A stretch of DNA of 64,000 bases from Selaginella moellendorffii (taxonomy: Eukaryota; Plantae; Lycopodiophyta), in NCBI RefSeq assembly GCF_000143415.4, contig NW_003314355.1:391410-455409 (forward strand). Reading direction: 5' to 3'. The position numbers were made by a program, and so were the translations under genes. Below are positions 24,665 to 38,251 of this stretch, piece after piece; the stretch's first letter is position 1; every line of letters begins with the position of its first letter. Below the pieces are notes generated by a model. The model saw only the letters and a program-made list of their open reading frames with translations, was not told where the DNA came from and made no database searches.

Positions 24665-27600
24665 TGTCGCGCATGTGACTTCGGGTATCGAAAGTTACCT
24701 GTCGACCAGTCCTTACGGACACTCTTACCTTACTACCACGATGGCAGGAGGTCGGTATTGCTGGACCCTTTATCAGTCCCTCTTGTGCTAGTGGAGTTAA
24801 CTGGGCATTTCGAGTGTACTTAGACCGGACGAGCATAAGGACGGAATTCCTACGTGTTATTAGCTAAACATACTTAGCCCAGTAAGGAGTTCCCGTCTCG
24901 TTTTGTCTTGCACTTGCTAGTGACAAGAACCCTCGTGTATTGAGATTGGTCCCTCAATATCGCTACATGATAGCTTACCGTGTCTGCCAAACACCCTCGC
25001 TATCATGCCCTTTGTGTTAGTCTCATTTCGGTCCCAAATGCTATCTATGGAAAGTGTCCAGATTTGCTCATTTGGCATATCTACGGAATGTAGAGATCGT
25101 TCTGAACACAATGGTGTTCGTCCCATATCCAAATTCACAATCTAGGGACATTCCATATTTAGTAAGTTTCGAGCTTGTCCCAGAAACTAACTCCTGATAC
25201 TAAAGGAGGCTTGGGGTGAAAGCCCAAAGCGTGTGTTCCTCAAGGGGGGGGGGGGGCTGTGGGGGGTTCCAAATGTATAGTAGGGATAGTGGGTAGGTCG
25301 GGCATGGCCGACCAACCTGAGGCATAGTCTAGCTCCCGCTTGCGTGCCTGTCCTTGTTCTGCGTCCGGCTTGGGTCTAAGCCCAAGTTCCATTCCATGCT
25401 AGTTGGTGGAGTACCCATATCCTCACGTTAGGCCTCACGTTAGGTTCCTATGGACACGTGGCATGTGACACGTGGCATCTGTCACGTGGCACAAAGAGGG
25501 TTTAGGTTCCGCTTCGTGGTGTTATCCTATGGTAAATCACCATAGGATAAAGGGTCAAAACCACGTGCGCTACATTTGGTATCAAAGGATGAGTCTCAGT
25601 GAGTACTATTCAATGAGATTAGGCAACTAGTCTCGTTGCATACGCAGAGATGAAAACGATGATCCGAGTGGGTACACGTTTGGTGCAAAGGGTTCACATT
25701 TGTTCCTTGGGTATGGTTTTGGTTACCTTTTGTACCTAACAATGTGAGCTTGCTCTTGGGCTCATAGGATGGATTTGAGATGCTCCGTTAGCACGAGTTT
25801 GAGCTTGGGGTCGTGAGTGAGGCGCATTAGCAACTCGAGGATACGCTTTGAGTTGGCAGGATTAATGTTAGTCTATCGGTGGTTCCATGAGTTGTTCCAG
25901 TGGTTCTATGAGTTGTTCCATGTACCGTGGGTGAAAGCAAACCTCCTTGAGTTTGCTATGAGTGGCAAATAGGCTAGTCCGTAGCTATTTAGCACGGCAC
26001 TAGTAGATCTTTCTTAGGCATGATTACAAGTGAATCAACCAAGATTGTAAGGATTAGTCTATTGGTTCAAGTAATCATTGTTGTGCTCTCTCATAAACTT
26101 TTCTTGGATTGAACTGAAGGCAGTGCGAAAGTAAGCTTGAGGTTTGGTCAAAAGATGAGATCGAAAAGAGAGTCGTCGGGGACAAAGGATCAAACACGTA
26201 AATCATCTTCTCTTTTTGGAGGGATGATTTGCAACGAGGTGTGACTCATTGCTCGTGTTCACATTATGCAATCAAGAGTCCCTATCTTGATGCATGATGA
26301 TTATGATGGTCTTACAAGTGGTGAGTTATGGGATGGATAGCGGTGAAACGCTAAACCATTGTGTCTAGGCTCACTATTGGAAGACTTGGGTTACAATGCT
26401 CAATTCTTTTCCGGGGAACTTAGCTATTGCTCCTTGAGTAGCTTGGTGTTGGGTTAAGTTTTGAGTTTGATCGGATAGCGAGTGGCATGAGCTTGTTTGT
26501 GTTGTGAACAAAAGTTAGTGGTGTTGGGTGTTGTAAATCTCTATCGGTAGAGTGTGGCATTTATGTTGCATTCTGTCAAGTTGAGTTGGTACTTGATATT
26601 CATGTAAACCTTTGAAGTAATGACATTGGCATTGTTCGTGGTGTTGCTCAATTGATGATCAAGTCATTGTGATACTTATATCATATCCATGTGATAATGA
26701 GCAATGTGTTTACGAAGTTGCTTAGTTAAGCGATGATCAACTCCAAAGTGGTTGATGGTGAAGCCAGTCTACTTGCATAAAGTAGCATTGTAGTAGCTTT
26801 GACTGGATTCTCGTTGGTGGTCCATTATGCTAAGCTTAAGTTGGTTCCTTGTTTCCTTGAGTTTGCCCACTAAGGTGTTGGAAAAGGGTTGTAGCATTTA
26901 GTTGCTATAGCTCATTAGTTGATCCGTTAACACTTGGAGTAGATTGTTGGATGAAGAAGATGTGTAGTTGGGGCATTAACATCACTAGCACTTGTGTTAG
27001 TGGAAGTGGCATTGTTACTTCGAGTTATGAGGAATTTTCCTTAGAGCTTGATTTTCCATGTCATTTTTCTTGTTAGTATTTTAGCTTCACATTGGATCTT
27101 GAAGGTGGTTGAAGAAGAGTGTTAGTGCAATATGAATATCCGAAGATATGGTCTCCATGATCAAGCTTTAGATGTTCATTTTGCATTCTGCAGACGTTGG
27201 TGTTGGATGTTGAAAGAATGGGCAAAAAGATGTTCGAGGCTTAAGCATACTATGGATCATGAGAATTTGTGTTAAGGTGAACCTATGTGAAGTTGTTGGT
27301 AGGAGGAAGTTGGTTGAGTCTTGAAAGTTTGAATTCCTGGACTGAGAGTCATTCTTTCTCTAGGATGGAAAAATTTTTCACAAATTTTCTTAGACTTTTC
27401 CAATGGCTGATCTGTTATCCCTTTGTTCGAAAACCATTCCGTTTTCCTAAGCCAATACAAACTAGTGAAGGGGTTGGAGTTGACTTCGGTTAACTTAGAC
27501 CTTAGTATGTAGTTTGTATGATGCGGCCCGAAAGGGATGCTAACTTTTGGGGCTATTGCAATTGAGTTGGATAGAGTCTGGAGTTAGTGTAGAAAAGTGG

Positions 27601-30600
27601 CGTTGCACTTTTCTAGAAAGGTGACCCTTGTGCCTTTCTTTTGTAGTGTTATGCTTGGTGGCAGATTGCACTTTGCATTTCGTTAGACTCTATGAGAGTA
27701 GTGAGCTCTCACTGATCTTGACTTGGTCTTGGTGGCCCTGCGCCTTGGCTGAGGATGGTGATGTTCAGCTTAGTTGTTTGAGTTTGAGATGTTGGTACCC
27801 GTACTGTAGCTTTGTCTATGAGGAGGTTGTGTACCGATATGAGTCCATCTCATGGTCTTCACTTTAGTTTTGACTGAGTATTGATCATGCATAGCTAGCC
27901 TCTTCAAGGCATGCTCAGAGCTAGTGGCTAAATGCATTAGTGAGCTTATCGCAGTTGAGTTGGATTCGAGTGGTCATTTAATTCGTGCTTGTCCATGAAC
28001 CTTTATCTCATATCTAGGGTATTACGTTCATGTTGGACAAAGTGTATGACTCGATGACGTGAGTTAGTGTTTAGGTCTTGTGAAAGGCAAGACAAGTGAT
28101 TGTTGGTTGCTTTGCAACTAGTGATTGCTTATAGACTTTGTCAAGGGCTTTTGACACTTGCTTCACTCGATGATGATTTAGTAGTGATGGGCTTGCTTTA
28201 CCGGATGGGGTTGCGGAGGATCGTGTCGTTAGACTTACATGGGTTTTCCATGTTGGCATATCGACTCTACCTCTGTCAATATCATTTGGTTGCGTTTAGT
28301 TCGTGATGTTGGATTTCATTGAGTCTTGGACGTGGTGATTCACTCCTTGAGAAAGTGTTATCTGTAACTGAGTTTTGCTAAAGGATTGGTCTCGGTTACT
28401 AACTAAAGTATCTTCGACCTTGGTTAGCTTAGTTGCTAGAGAGCTTTGAGTGGTGATTCACTCGTGCTTTCTTTTAGCTTTGTTCTAGTGTTGATGGTAT
28501 TGAAGTGATGCCTTATCGTTAACATTGTTGATGTTGAGATTTCAGTGAAATGAGATGTCTCTCTACAAGATTGATGTCGAGTTTCATTAGTCTTGATGAA
28601 GATAGTGTTGATGATTTGGCTATAGCTCTGTATTATTAGCATTCGCGCATTTGCTAGATAGCAACTGTTTGACGTTCAAATGAACTGAGTGGCAAATTGA
28701 GTTAGTTATGTTCTAGACGAGATTAGTAGGGGTTGAGCTTTGAGCTTTTCCTTGAAAAGTGATTTAGTCATGGACTATACTAACTCTACAAGTGGGAGAG
28801 TTAGTGATTAATATTGGAATATTTAAATCCTTATGGGATTTTAGTTGAAATATATTGATCATTGATGATTCTTCTTGTGCTTGTTATGAAGTGAGTTATG
28901 TCTTGCTATAGATGGATTCATGGAGGATCGTTTGGTGATCACTTGTTGAGCATAGCTTCGTTGTGCTTAGCTTTTGGATTGATGCAGATATGCTCTTCAT
29001 TAGCTTTGCATTATGAAGTTTAGCTTATAGATGTGTTGAGGAGGATATTGTAGGTTGTACCATAATTTCTTCTTTAGCATTGACGTTAGTCTATGCGAAA
29101 CTCGTGATCATTATTAGGCAAGACTTGGCTATAGACTTCTTTGAGCTTTTGGTTCTTTGAGTTTTCATGCTCATTGTTCCATTTGTTAGGAGTTGTTGGG
29201 GGAAGGCATTTTGGCTCATTAGCTTTGATGTTGACGTTAGTATTTGCATCAAGCAATCATTGGTGATGATTGACTATCATCTAAGATAGTTGATTATCCT
29301 TGTCAAAAAGTTTTGCTTGATTGTTGTTGATATAGAATGATTTGCTATTCTTCGGGGTAGTGGATTCTTTCTTAGACGATGATTATGCATCTCTTTATTG
29401 ATGAGATGATTGATGATCTTTCGTGATAGTTAGTTATTCTCTTTGATGGCTTTTGACTTTTCGCAATACCACATGCTCTTTGTGGTTTGCTCTGGATTGG
29501 TCTCTTGGGTTTGAGACATCAATAGAATGTTGCTGACACTTGCTTAGGCAACTTAAGTTCCTTAATATTGTTGGCTGGGATCTATTTGGATTGGCTCGTG
29601 TGATAGTTGACATGACCGAGTGTTTGTTGGCCATGCAACATTCATTCTATTCTGTTGATTATTGCTCGAGTTTGTTCTGATAGATTGGAATGTTATTTCC
29701 TCCGGGTGATACATTCGCGAGCATTTTGCTTGCTTGTCGATGATACTTGGTGTTCTTTGAGTTCCCTTTTCTAAGTTGTTTGGCATTCTATCTGCAATCT
29801 TTGATAGTTAAGTTTGGTAATTGAGTTTGATGATACACTTGCTATTGAATTTTGTTGGATGGTCATTCCTGTGTTTGCCAAATTCTGATGATCTTGGTGG
29901 TTCCTATCTACAATCATATTGGTTTATCGGATGATAACTTACTTGGAATACTTTTGTGTTCTAATCTAAAAATTATTCACTGATAATTAAGTCTCTAAGA
30001 TATCATTGTTTATGACTTTGATATTGTCCATCTATTGATCTTTGAGTTTGGGCCAGTATAGGCAGACTGGCTTCGGCACTTCGTGTGCATGTTGAAATCT
30101 CTAGTCATGGGGTAGCTACTGTAGACTGGTCACATAACCCGCCTCTCTGTCGATGTTCCTTATTCTGTTGAAAGGGCGTGACCGTGTAAACAACTCTAAC
30201 TGCCTGTTTATAGTAGTTTATCTAAACCTTACCGACGGGTTTGGTTTCTTTGCTCAGGAGGGTTGGGGCCTCTGGCTTCTCTCTCTATGTCTCTGCGGGC
30301 AGGGCATATCACACTTTTGTAAGCTGGATGACAACCAGAGCAGCAAGGGTGGCTGACTCCGTTGGTCATTTCCTTGTCGGCGACGGCCGGAAGGTGTCTG
30401 AGCTGGTAGCGCATCCGCGTTAGACAAAGAGGTTACCCTTAACTCATTTAAGTTGGTGCATTTCTCACATAGTGTGAGTACCGTGAACTTTTTCTGGAGT
30501 TGTTTCCTTGGCGGTATTCTAGACTCGAGTATGCATCGACGAGGACATCGATCTTCCCTAGGGGGGGAGAGTGTCGCACATGTGACTTCGGGTATCGAAA

Positions 30601-31708
30601 GTTACCTGTCGACCAGTCCTTACGGACACTCTTACCTTATTGCCACGATGGCAGGAGGTCGGTATTGCTGGACTCTTTATCAGTCCTTCTTGTGCTAGTG
30701 GAGTTAACTGGGCATTTCGAGTGTACTTAGACCGGACGAGCATAAGGACGGAATTCCTACGTGTTATTAGCTAAACATACTTAGCCCGGTAAGGAGTTCC
30801 CGTCTCGTTTTGTCTTGCACTTGCTAGTGACAAGAACCCTCGTGTATTGAGATTGGTCCCTCAATATCGCTACATGATAGCTTACCGTGTCTGCCAAACA
30901 CCCTCGCTATCATGCCCTTTGTGTTAGTCTCATTTCGGTCCCAAATGCTATCTATGGAAAGTGTCCAGATTTGCTCATTTGGCATATCTACGGAATGTAG
31001 AGATTGTTCTGAACACAATGGTGTTCGTCCCATGTCCAAATTCACAATCTAGGGATATTCCATATTTAGTAAGTTTCGAGCTTGTCCCAGAGACTAACTC
31101 CTGATACTAAAGGAGGCTTGGGGTGAAAGCCCAAAGCGTGTGTTCCTCAAGAAGGGGGGGGGGGCTGTGGGGGGTTCCAAATGTATAGTAGGGATAGTGG
31201 GTAAGTCGGGCATGGCCAACCAACCTGAGGCATAATCTAGCTCCCACTTGCGTGCCTGTCCTTGTTCTGCGTCCGGCTTGGGTCTAAGCCCAAGTTCCAT
31301 TCCATGCTAGTTGGTGGAGTACCCATATCCTCACGTTAGGCCACCGGTATGCCGAAATAGCGCCAGACTCCGTTTGGCTCCGTTTTGCATGCTGGTCTTG
31401 GCATTGGGATGCTGGTTGCTCCAGGACTGTTCCAAGTCGCTCCGGGCTCCTGTCCCTTCGCTCCTTGGGCTTTATGCTCGGGAGTTGCTCCATGGTTCGG
31501 TTCCATCACTCCTTGGCTCCATGCTTGGGAGTTTGGCACCGTTCCTTTGTTCAGTGGCCCAAGGCCCTGAACCTCGGGTTCCTATGGACACGTGGCATGT
31601 GACATGTGGCATCTGTCACGTGGCACAAAGAGGGTTTAGGTTCCGCTTCGAGGTGTTATCCTATGGTAAATCACCATAGGATAAAGGGTCAAAACCACGT
31701 GCGCTACA
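24665..31708 (+). mobile_element. Family A copy A2, full-length non-coding (LARD-like) LTR element
   Basis: 5' LTR at 24665-25574 and 3' LTR at 30572-31708, highly similar. Met-type PBS TGGTATCAAAG at 25577-25587. PPT at 30560-30571. No long ORF. Confidence 0.93.
25451..25492 (+). promoter_or_regulatory. Triple G-box/ABRE-like cluster (CACGTGGC x3) in the family A LTR
   Basis: GGACACGTGGCATGTGACACGTGGCATCTGTCACGTGGCAC; motif match only. Confidence 0.4.
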
Positions 31709-34700
31709 GCCCAAGGAGCGAAGGGATAGGAGCACGGAGCGACTAGGAACAGTCCCAAAGCAACCAACATCAGCCCGAAACAATAGGAGCCCAGAACAAC
31801 TTGGAATAATCCTAGAGCAACCAGCATCCTAATGCCAGGACCAGCACGCAAAACGAAGCCAAACGGAGTCTGGCACTATTTCGGCATACCGGTGGCCTAA
31901 CACGAGGACATGGGTACTCCACCAGCTAGCTTGGAATGGAACTTGGGCTTAGACCCAAGCCGGACGCAAAACAAGGACAAGCACGCAAGCAGGAGCTAGA
32001 CTATGCCTCAGGTTGGTCGGCCATGCCCGACCTACCCACTATCCCTACTATACATTTGGAACCCCCCACAGCCCCCCCCCCCTTGAGGAACACACACTTT
32101 GGGCTTTCACCCAAGCCTGCCTTAGTATCAGGAGTTAGTCTTTGGGACAAGCTCAAAACTTACTAAATATGGAATGGCGCTAGATTGCAAATTTGGACAT
32201 GGGATGAACACCATTGTGTTCAGGTCGATCTCTACATTCTGTAAATATGCCAAATGAGCAAATCTAGACACTTTCCATAAATAACAGTTGGGACCGAATT
32301 GAGACTAACGCTAAGGGCATGATAACGAGGGTGTTTGGCAGACACAGTAAGCCATCATCCAGCAATATTGAGGGACTAATCTCAATATGCAAGGGTTCTT
32401 GTCACTAGCTAGTGCAAGAAAATGGGAAATCCTTACCGGGCTAAGTATGTTTAGCTAATAACACGTAGGAATTCCGTCCTTATGCTCGTCCGGTCTAAGT
32501 ACACTCGAAATGCCCAGTTAACTCCACTAGCACAAGAGAGACTAATAAAGGGTCCAACAATACCAACTTCTTGCCATCGTGGCAGTAAGGAAAGAGTGTC
32601 CGTAAGGACTGGCTGATAGATAACTTTCAATACCTGAAGTCACATTCGCGACACTCTCCCCCCCTAGGGAAGATTGACGTTGTCGATGCATACTCGAGTC
32701 TAGAATACCGCCAAGGAAACAACTCCAGAAAAAGTTCATGGTATTCACACTATATAAGAAATGCACCAACTTAAATGAGTTAGGGGTAACCTTTTTGTCT
32801 AACGTGGATGCGCTACTAGCTCAGATCCCTTCCGGCCATCACGGACAAGGAAATGACCAACGAAGTTAGCCACCCTTGCTGCTCTGGGTGTCACCCAGCT
32901 TACAAAAGTGTGATATGCCCCTGCCCACAGGTGGCATAAAGAGAGAAGCCAGAGGCCCCAATCCTCATGAGCAAAGAAACCAAACCCGTCGGTAAGGTTT
33001 AGATAGACTACTGTAAACAAGCAATTAGAGTTGTTTACTCGGTCACGCCCTTTGAATAGAATAAGGAACATCGACAGAGAGGTAGGTGATATGACTAGTC
33101 GACAGTAGCTACCCTATGACTAGAGATTTCAACATACACACGAAGTGCCAAAGCCAGTCTACCTATACTGGCCCAAACTCAAAGATCAATAGATGGACAA
33201 TATTAAAGTTAGAGACAATGATATCTTATAGACTTAATTATCAATGAATATATCTTAAATTAGAACACAAAAGTATTCCAAGTAAGTTATCATCCGATAA
33301 ACCAGTATTATAGTAGATAGGAACCACCAAAATCATCAAAATTGGTAAACATAGAATTCACCATCCAACAAAATTCAATAGCAAGTATATCATCAAGGAA
33401 ACTCAATGATGAAACATAACTACTAAAGATGGTAGAAAGTATGCTAAACAACTTACCAAAGATAACTCAAAGAACATAAACTATCATTGACTGGCAAGCA
33501 AGATGCTTGTGAATGTATCACCCGAAGGAAATAACATTCTAATCTATCAAAACTAACTCGAGCAACAATCAACAGAATAGAATGAATGTGGTAAGACCAA
33601 CAAACACTCATTCATGTCAACTATCACACTAGTCAATCTTAATAGATCCCAGTCAACAATACCAAGGAACCAGAGTTGCTCAAGCAAGTGTCAGCAACAT
33701 CCTATTGATGTCTCAAACCTAACAGACTAATCCAAGGCAAACCACAAGGAACATATGGTAATGTGAAGAGCCATAAGTCATCAAAGAGAACAATTAACTA
33801 CCATGAAAGAACATTAATCATCCATTTAATAAAGAGATGCATAATCATCATTGAAGAAAGAATCTGCCATCCCGAAGAACAACAACTCTGTCTATGTCAA
33901 CAATAATCAAGAAAAACTCTTGATAAGGATAATCAACTATCTAAGATGATAGTCAATCATCACCAATGATTGCCAGATGCAAATACTAACTTCAACATCA
34001 AAGCTAAAGAGCAAAAAATGCCTTCCCCAACAATTTCAAACAAATGGACCACAAATATGATAACTCAAGGAACCAAAAGCTCAAAGAAGTTTATAGTTAA
34101 GTTTTGCTTAACAATGATCACAAGTCTCACATGAACTAACGTTAATGTTAAAGAACAAATCATGGTACAACCCACAATATCCTCCTCAACACATCCATAA
34201 GCTAAACTTCATAATACAAAGCTAATGAAGAGTATGTCTATATCAATCCAAAAGCTAAGCATAACAAAGTTATGCTCAACAAGTGATCATTAAATGATCC
34301 TCCATGAATCCACTTATAACAAGACGTAACTCACTTCATAACAAACACAAAAAGAATCATCAATGATCAATATATTCCAACTCAAGGATTTAAACATTCC
34401 AATATTGATCACTAACTCTTCTGCTTGTAGAGTTAACATAATTCACGACTGAATCACTTTTCAAGGAAAAGCCAAAGCTCAACCCCTACTAAATAATTTT
34501 GTCTAGAATACAACTAACTCAAACTTGCCACTTAGCTCGTTTGAACGCTAACTCAGTTGCTAACTAGCAAATGCATGAATGCTAACAATATAAAGCTACA
34601 ACCAAATTATCAACACTATCTTTATCAAGACGAATGAAACTCAATATCAATCTTACGGAAAGACATCTCATTTCACTCGAATCTCAACATTAATAATATC

Positions 34701-37700
34701 AATGACAAGGCATCACGTCAATGCCATCAACACTATAACAAAGCTAGAAGAAAACAAGAGTGAATCACCACTCAAAACTCTTCAGCAACTAAGCTAACCA
34801 AGGTCGAAGATACTTTACTCAATATCCAAGACTAATTCTTCAGCAAAACTCAGTTATAGATAACACTTCCTCAAGGAGTGAACCACCACATCCAAGACTC
34901 AATGAAATTCAACACTATGGACTAAACATAACCAAATGATATCAACAAAGGTAGAGTCAATATACCAACATAGAAAACCCATGTAAATCTAATGACACGA
35001 TCCTCCGTAACACCATCAGTAAAGCAAACCCATCACTGATAAATCTTCATCGAGTAAAGCAAGTGTCAACAATCCTTGACTAAGTTTACAAGTAATCACT
35101 AGTTGCAAAGCAACTTACAATCACTCTTCAATTTTCCTTCACTAGACCCAAACACTAAACTCATGCCATCGAATCATAAACTTGGCCAACATGAACGTAA
35201 TATCCCAGATTAAGATAAAGGTTCATGGACAAGCACGAACTAAATGACCACTCGAATCCAACTCAACTGCAATAAGCTCACTAATACATTTAGCCAATAG
35301 TTTTGAGCATGTCTTGAAGAGGCTACCTACACATGATCAACACTAAGTCGAAACTCAAGTGAAAACCATGAGATGGACTTATATCGATACACAACCTCCT
35401 CATAAATAAAACTGGTACCAACATCTCAACTGCAAACAACTAAGTTGGACATCACCATTCTCAGCCAAGGCACAGGGCCACCAAGACCAAATCAAGATTA
35501 TAAACTTACTAAATATGGAATGGCACTAGATTGCAAATCTGGACACGGGACGAACACTATTGTGTTCAGGCCGATCTCTACATTCTGTAAATATGCCAAA
35601 TGAGCAAATCTAAACACTTTCCATAAATAGCATTTGGGACCGAATTGAGACTAATGCTAAGGGCATGATAGCAAGGGTGTTTAGCAAACACGGTAAGCTA
35701 TCATCCAACAATATTGAGGGACTAATCTCAATATGCGAGGGTTCTTGTCACTAGCTAATGCAAGACATAACGAGACGGGAACTCCTTACCGGGATAAGAA
35801 TGCTTAGCTAATAACACATAGGAATTCCGTCCTTATACTCGTCTGGTCTAAGTACACTTGAAATGCCCAGTTAACTCCACTAGCACAAGAGGGACTAATA
35901 AAGGGTCCAGCAATACTGACCTGCTGCCATCGTGGCAGTAAAGAAAGAGTGTCCGTAAGGACTGGCTGACAGGTAACTTTCAATACCCGAAGTCACATTC
36001 ACGACAATAAGCGTGAAAATCCTTAGCTATCAACTTTTGTTCAAAACCTTCTCTTTGAACACTCAGGAACTACTTCCCTAACCTTGATAGCCTCATCTCA
36101 TGGTAAGCTTCAAGACCACGCTTCTACTGCACTATTCTAATTTCCCGCACTCTATAAACCATTTACACTTGGCTTTCTAGGTATTTATCTACTTAGAATT
36201 GCCTTTGGGAACTTTCAAAGAACTCTGTTTTTTAGCTTCCTAAGGCCTCTCATTTTTGCAAACTTTCTAATTACCATATGGTCTAACATGGATAATTTCA
36301 TATTTTAGACTTTCCATGGCATCACGGTTGCTAATAACAACTTACTCGAGCACCCATTTGATTCTCCACTCCTAATTTACATAACCACCCTTGGTTATGC
36401 CTTTTAATTCCTATGGTTTAATTCTATCCCTTTACTATTTGCTTTTGGCCTCATACTTTTCCTTTGGTTATTCTCCTATAAACTAGGAGAATGATTTTGC
36501 ACTTTCGACCGTGCTTTAACAAGTATTCATAGGGATGAATCTACCCAATAGGTTAGGGAGTGGTTCCTCAATTCGGGTATGCTCACTTTATAATCCTACA
36601 CACCAGGATTAATCTTGCTACTTATGGGCCTTTATATGCCTATTACTAACCATGCCAAAATCCTTTTTTAGCTTTGTCCAATTCGGGTAGACAGACTTCT
36701 CTCATCTTTGCAACCTTAGACGTTTGAATAGCACCTACTATCTATCATTTGCTAGAGACTTATTCCTTTGGGCATTATTTAATGCCCTCATGACACCAAA
36801 CACCACTTTGTGGTGTTTTAAAGTGTTTAGGTATCCTAATGATGGCCTTCTTTGACAATAAGCATTCAATTGACGATATTGATTTACTATATCACAACAT
36901 GAACAATTTATCCCCCACAAAGGTATGTCTAACTTCCTTATTTCAATAAGAAGTTTTGGGTAGTTACTTTCTACCAGTTTAATCAATTATTTTGCATTTT
37001 TTGCTTAGTTGCCTTATAATTGTCAAGTCTTACAACTCATTGTTGGTGTTTCCACACCTCCATCATTATTTGGGTCACCACACTCTAATTGCATGCCTTC
37101 TAGCTTAAGCTATGCCATTCCCATTTCCATTAGGATTCCTTTGGGAAGGGGTTCTCATGAATCTACCAACTTAACCTCAAGGTATCACGCTTTGGCACAT
37201 ACACTATCGACTTCACAAGCTTACCTTTATAACATTTTTTACTTGTATTTAGGTCTTTGCCAATACCAATACAGTCGTTTCTCATGCCAACTATCTATTA
37301 GTACTACACTGTATAGTTTACACACAACTTTGTCTTAAAGTTGTTTTCTTCTGGGAATCTCTTTCCAATGACTTTAGTATGGCATATTTTGCCATCAATG
37401 AGATACCCATTGTTCTCATACTTTGATCTTATGATCCTCCCCATCCTTCATGGGGCACAACACACTTCAATCCAAATGTTTTTACCATCCCTTAAGAACA
37501 TTATTTGACTCTATTTGAGTCATCCAGCTTTTTGGATTTGCTAATTCGATGACCCATAAGGTCTTATTTTTGAGGTGCTAGCTCACTGGAATACAACTTC
37601 TTGTATTCATGTCTTACTCATAAAAACCATCTTTGCAAATATTACTTTAACACTTGATTATTTTCCGTTCTCTATAGGCTACCTTTGCCCTTTAGGACTA

Positions 37701-38251
37701 TCTGTCCAAATGATGAAAATACCAACTCATCTTCTAAGCGAACCTCTAACTCCTTAGGTTTGTTTCAGCATTTATAAAAGGTAGCCTTTGCTACCATTTC
37801 AAGGACTTGTGTCCTCATCCGTAATTAACTTCTCATGGTTATTCATTCCGGTCTCAAATTCATAAACACCAACCTCAACTATATGAGGGTAATCTGGTGA
37901 CTCCTTTATTATTTTGGAGTCTTTATTTTTCCCGTGATCTCAACTATAGTTGTTTAAAACAACTCCATTGACTAGTTTGCTAAGTCAAACTTTCATTTTG
38001 ATCACATCCTCAACTCTCTAAGGAAAACTTTATACTGTTCCCAAAATCCCAAAATCGTTCTCTTATTGGCCCTTTTTTATCTACCATATTGCCTACGAGT
38101 TCACACATGAACTGTAACAAGGAGCCATGTCCTCTTGACATGTTATTCCTCAAGGATAGGCCCAATCTTAGGACCTTCCGATGCCAATATAAGTGGTGAT
38201 ATACTTGGCCACCAATAAGAGTCAGACTAAAGAACAACTCTAATACCAAAT

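Larger units (their letters stand above)
24435..36006 (-). mobile_element. Family A copy A3 (internally deleted; 3' LTR split by A2)
   Basis: TSD ATAAG at 24430-24434 and 36007-36011. 3' LTR = 24435-24664 plus 31709-32653. PPT at 32654-32665. A deletion at ~35500 fuses internal sequence to a partial 5' LTR. Confidence 0.92.

Noticed and set aside
24917-25138. Antisense 64-73 aa ORF recurring in A LTRs
   Set aside because: Broken by a stop in the A3 3' LTR; recurrence reflects repeat identity
24435-25574. Apparent 1.1-kb DNA transposon with ~130-bp terminal inverted repeats
   Set aside because: Explained by the A2 5' LTR inserted antisense into the A3 3' LTR
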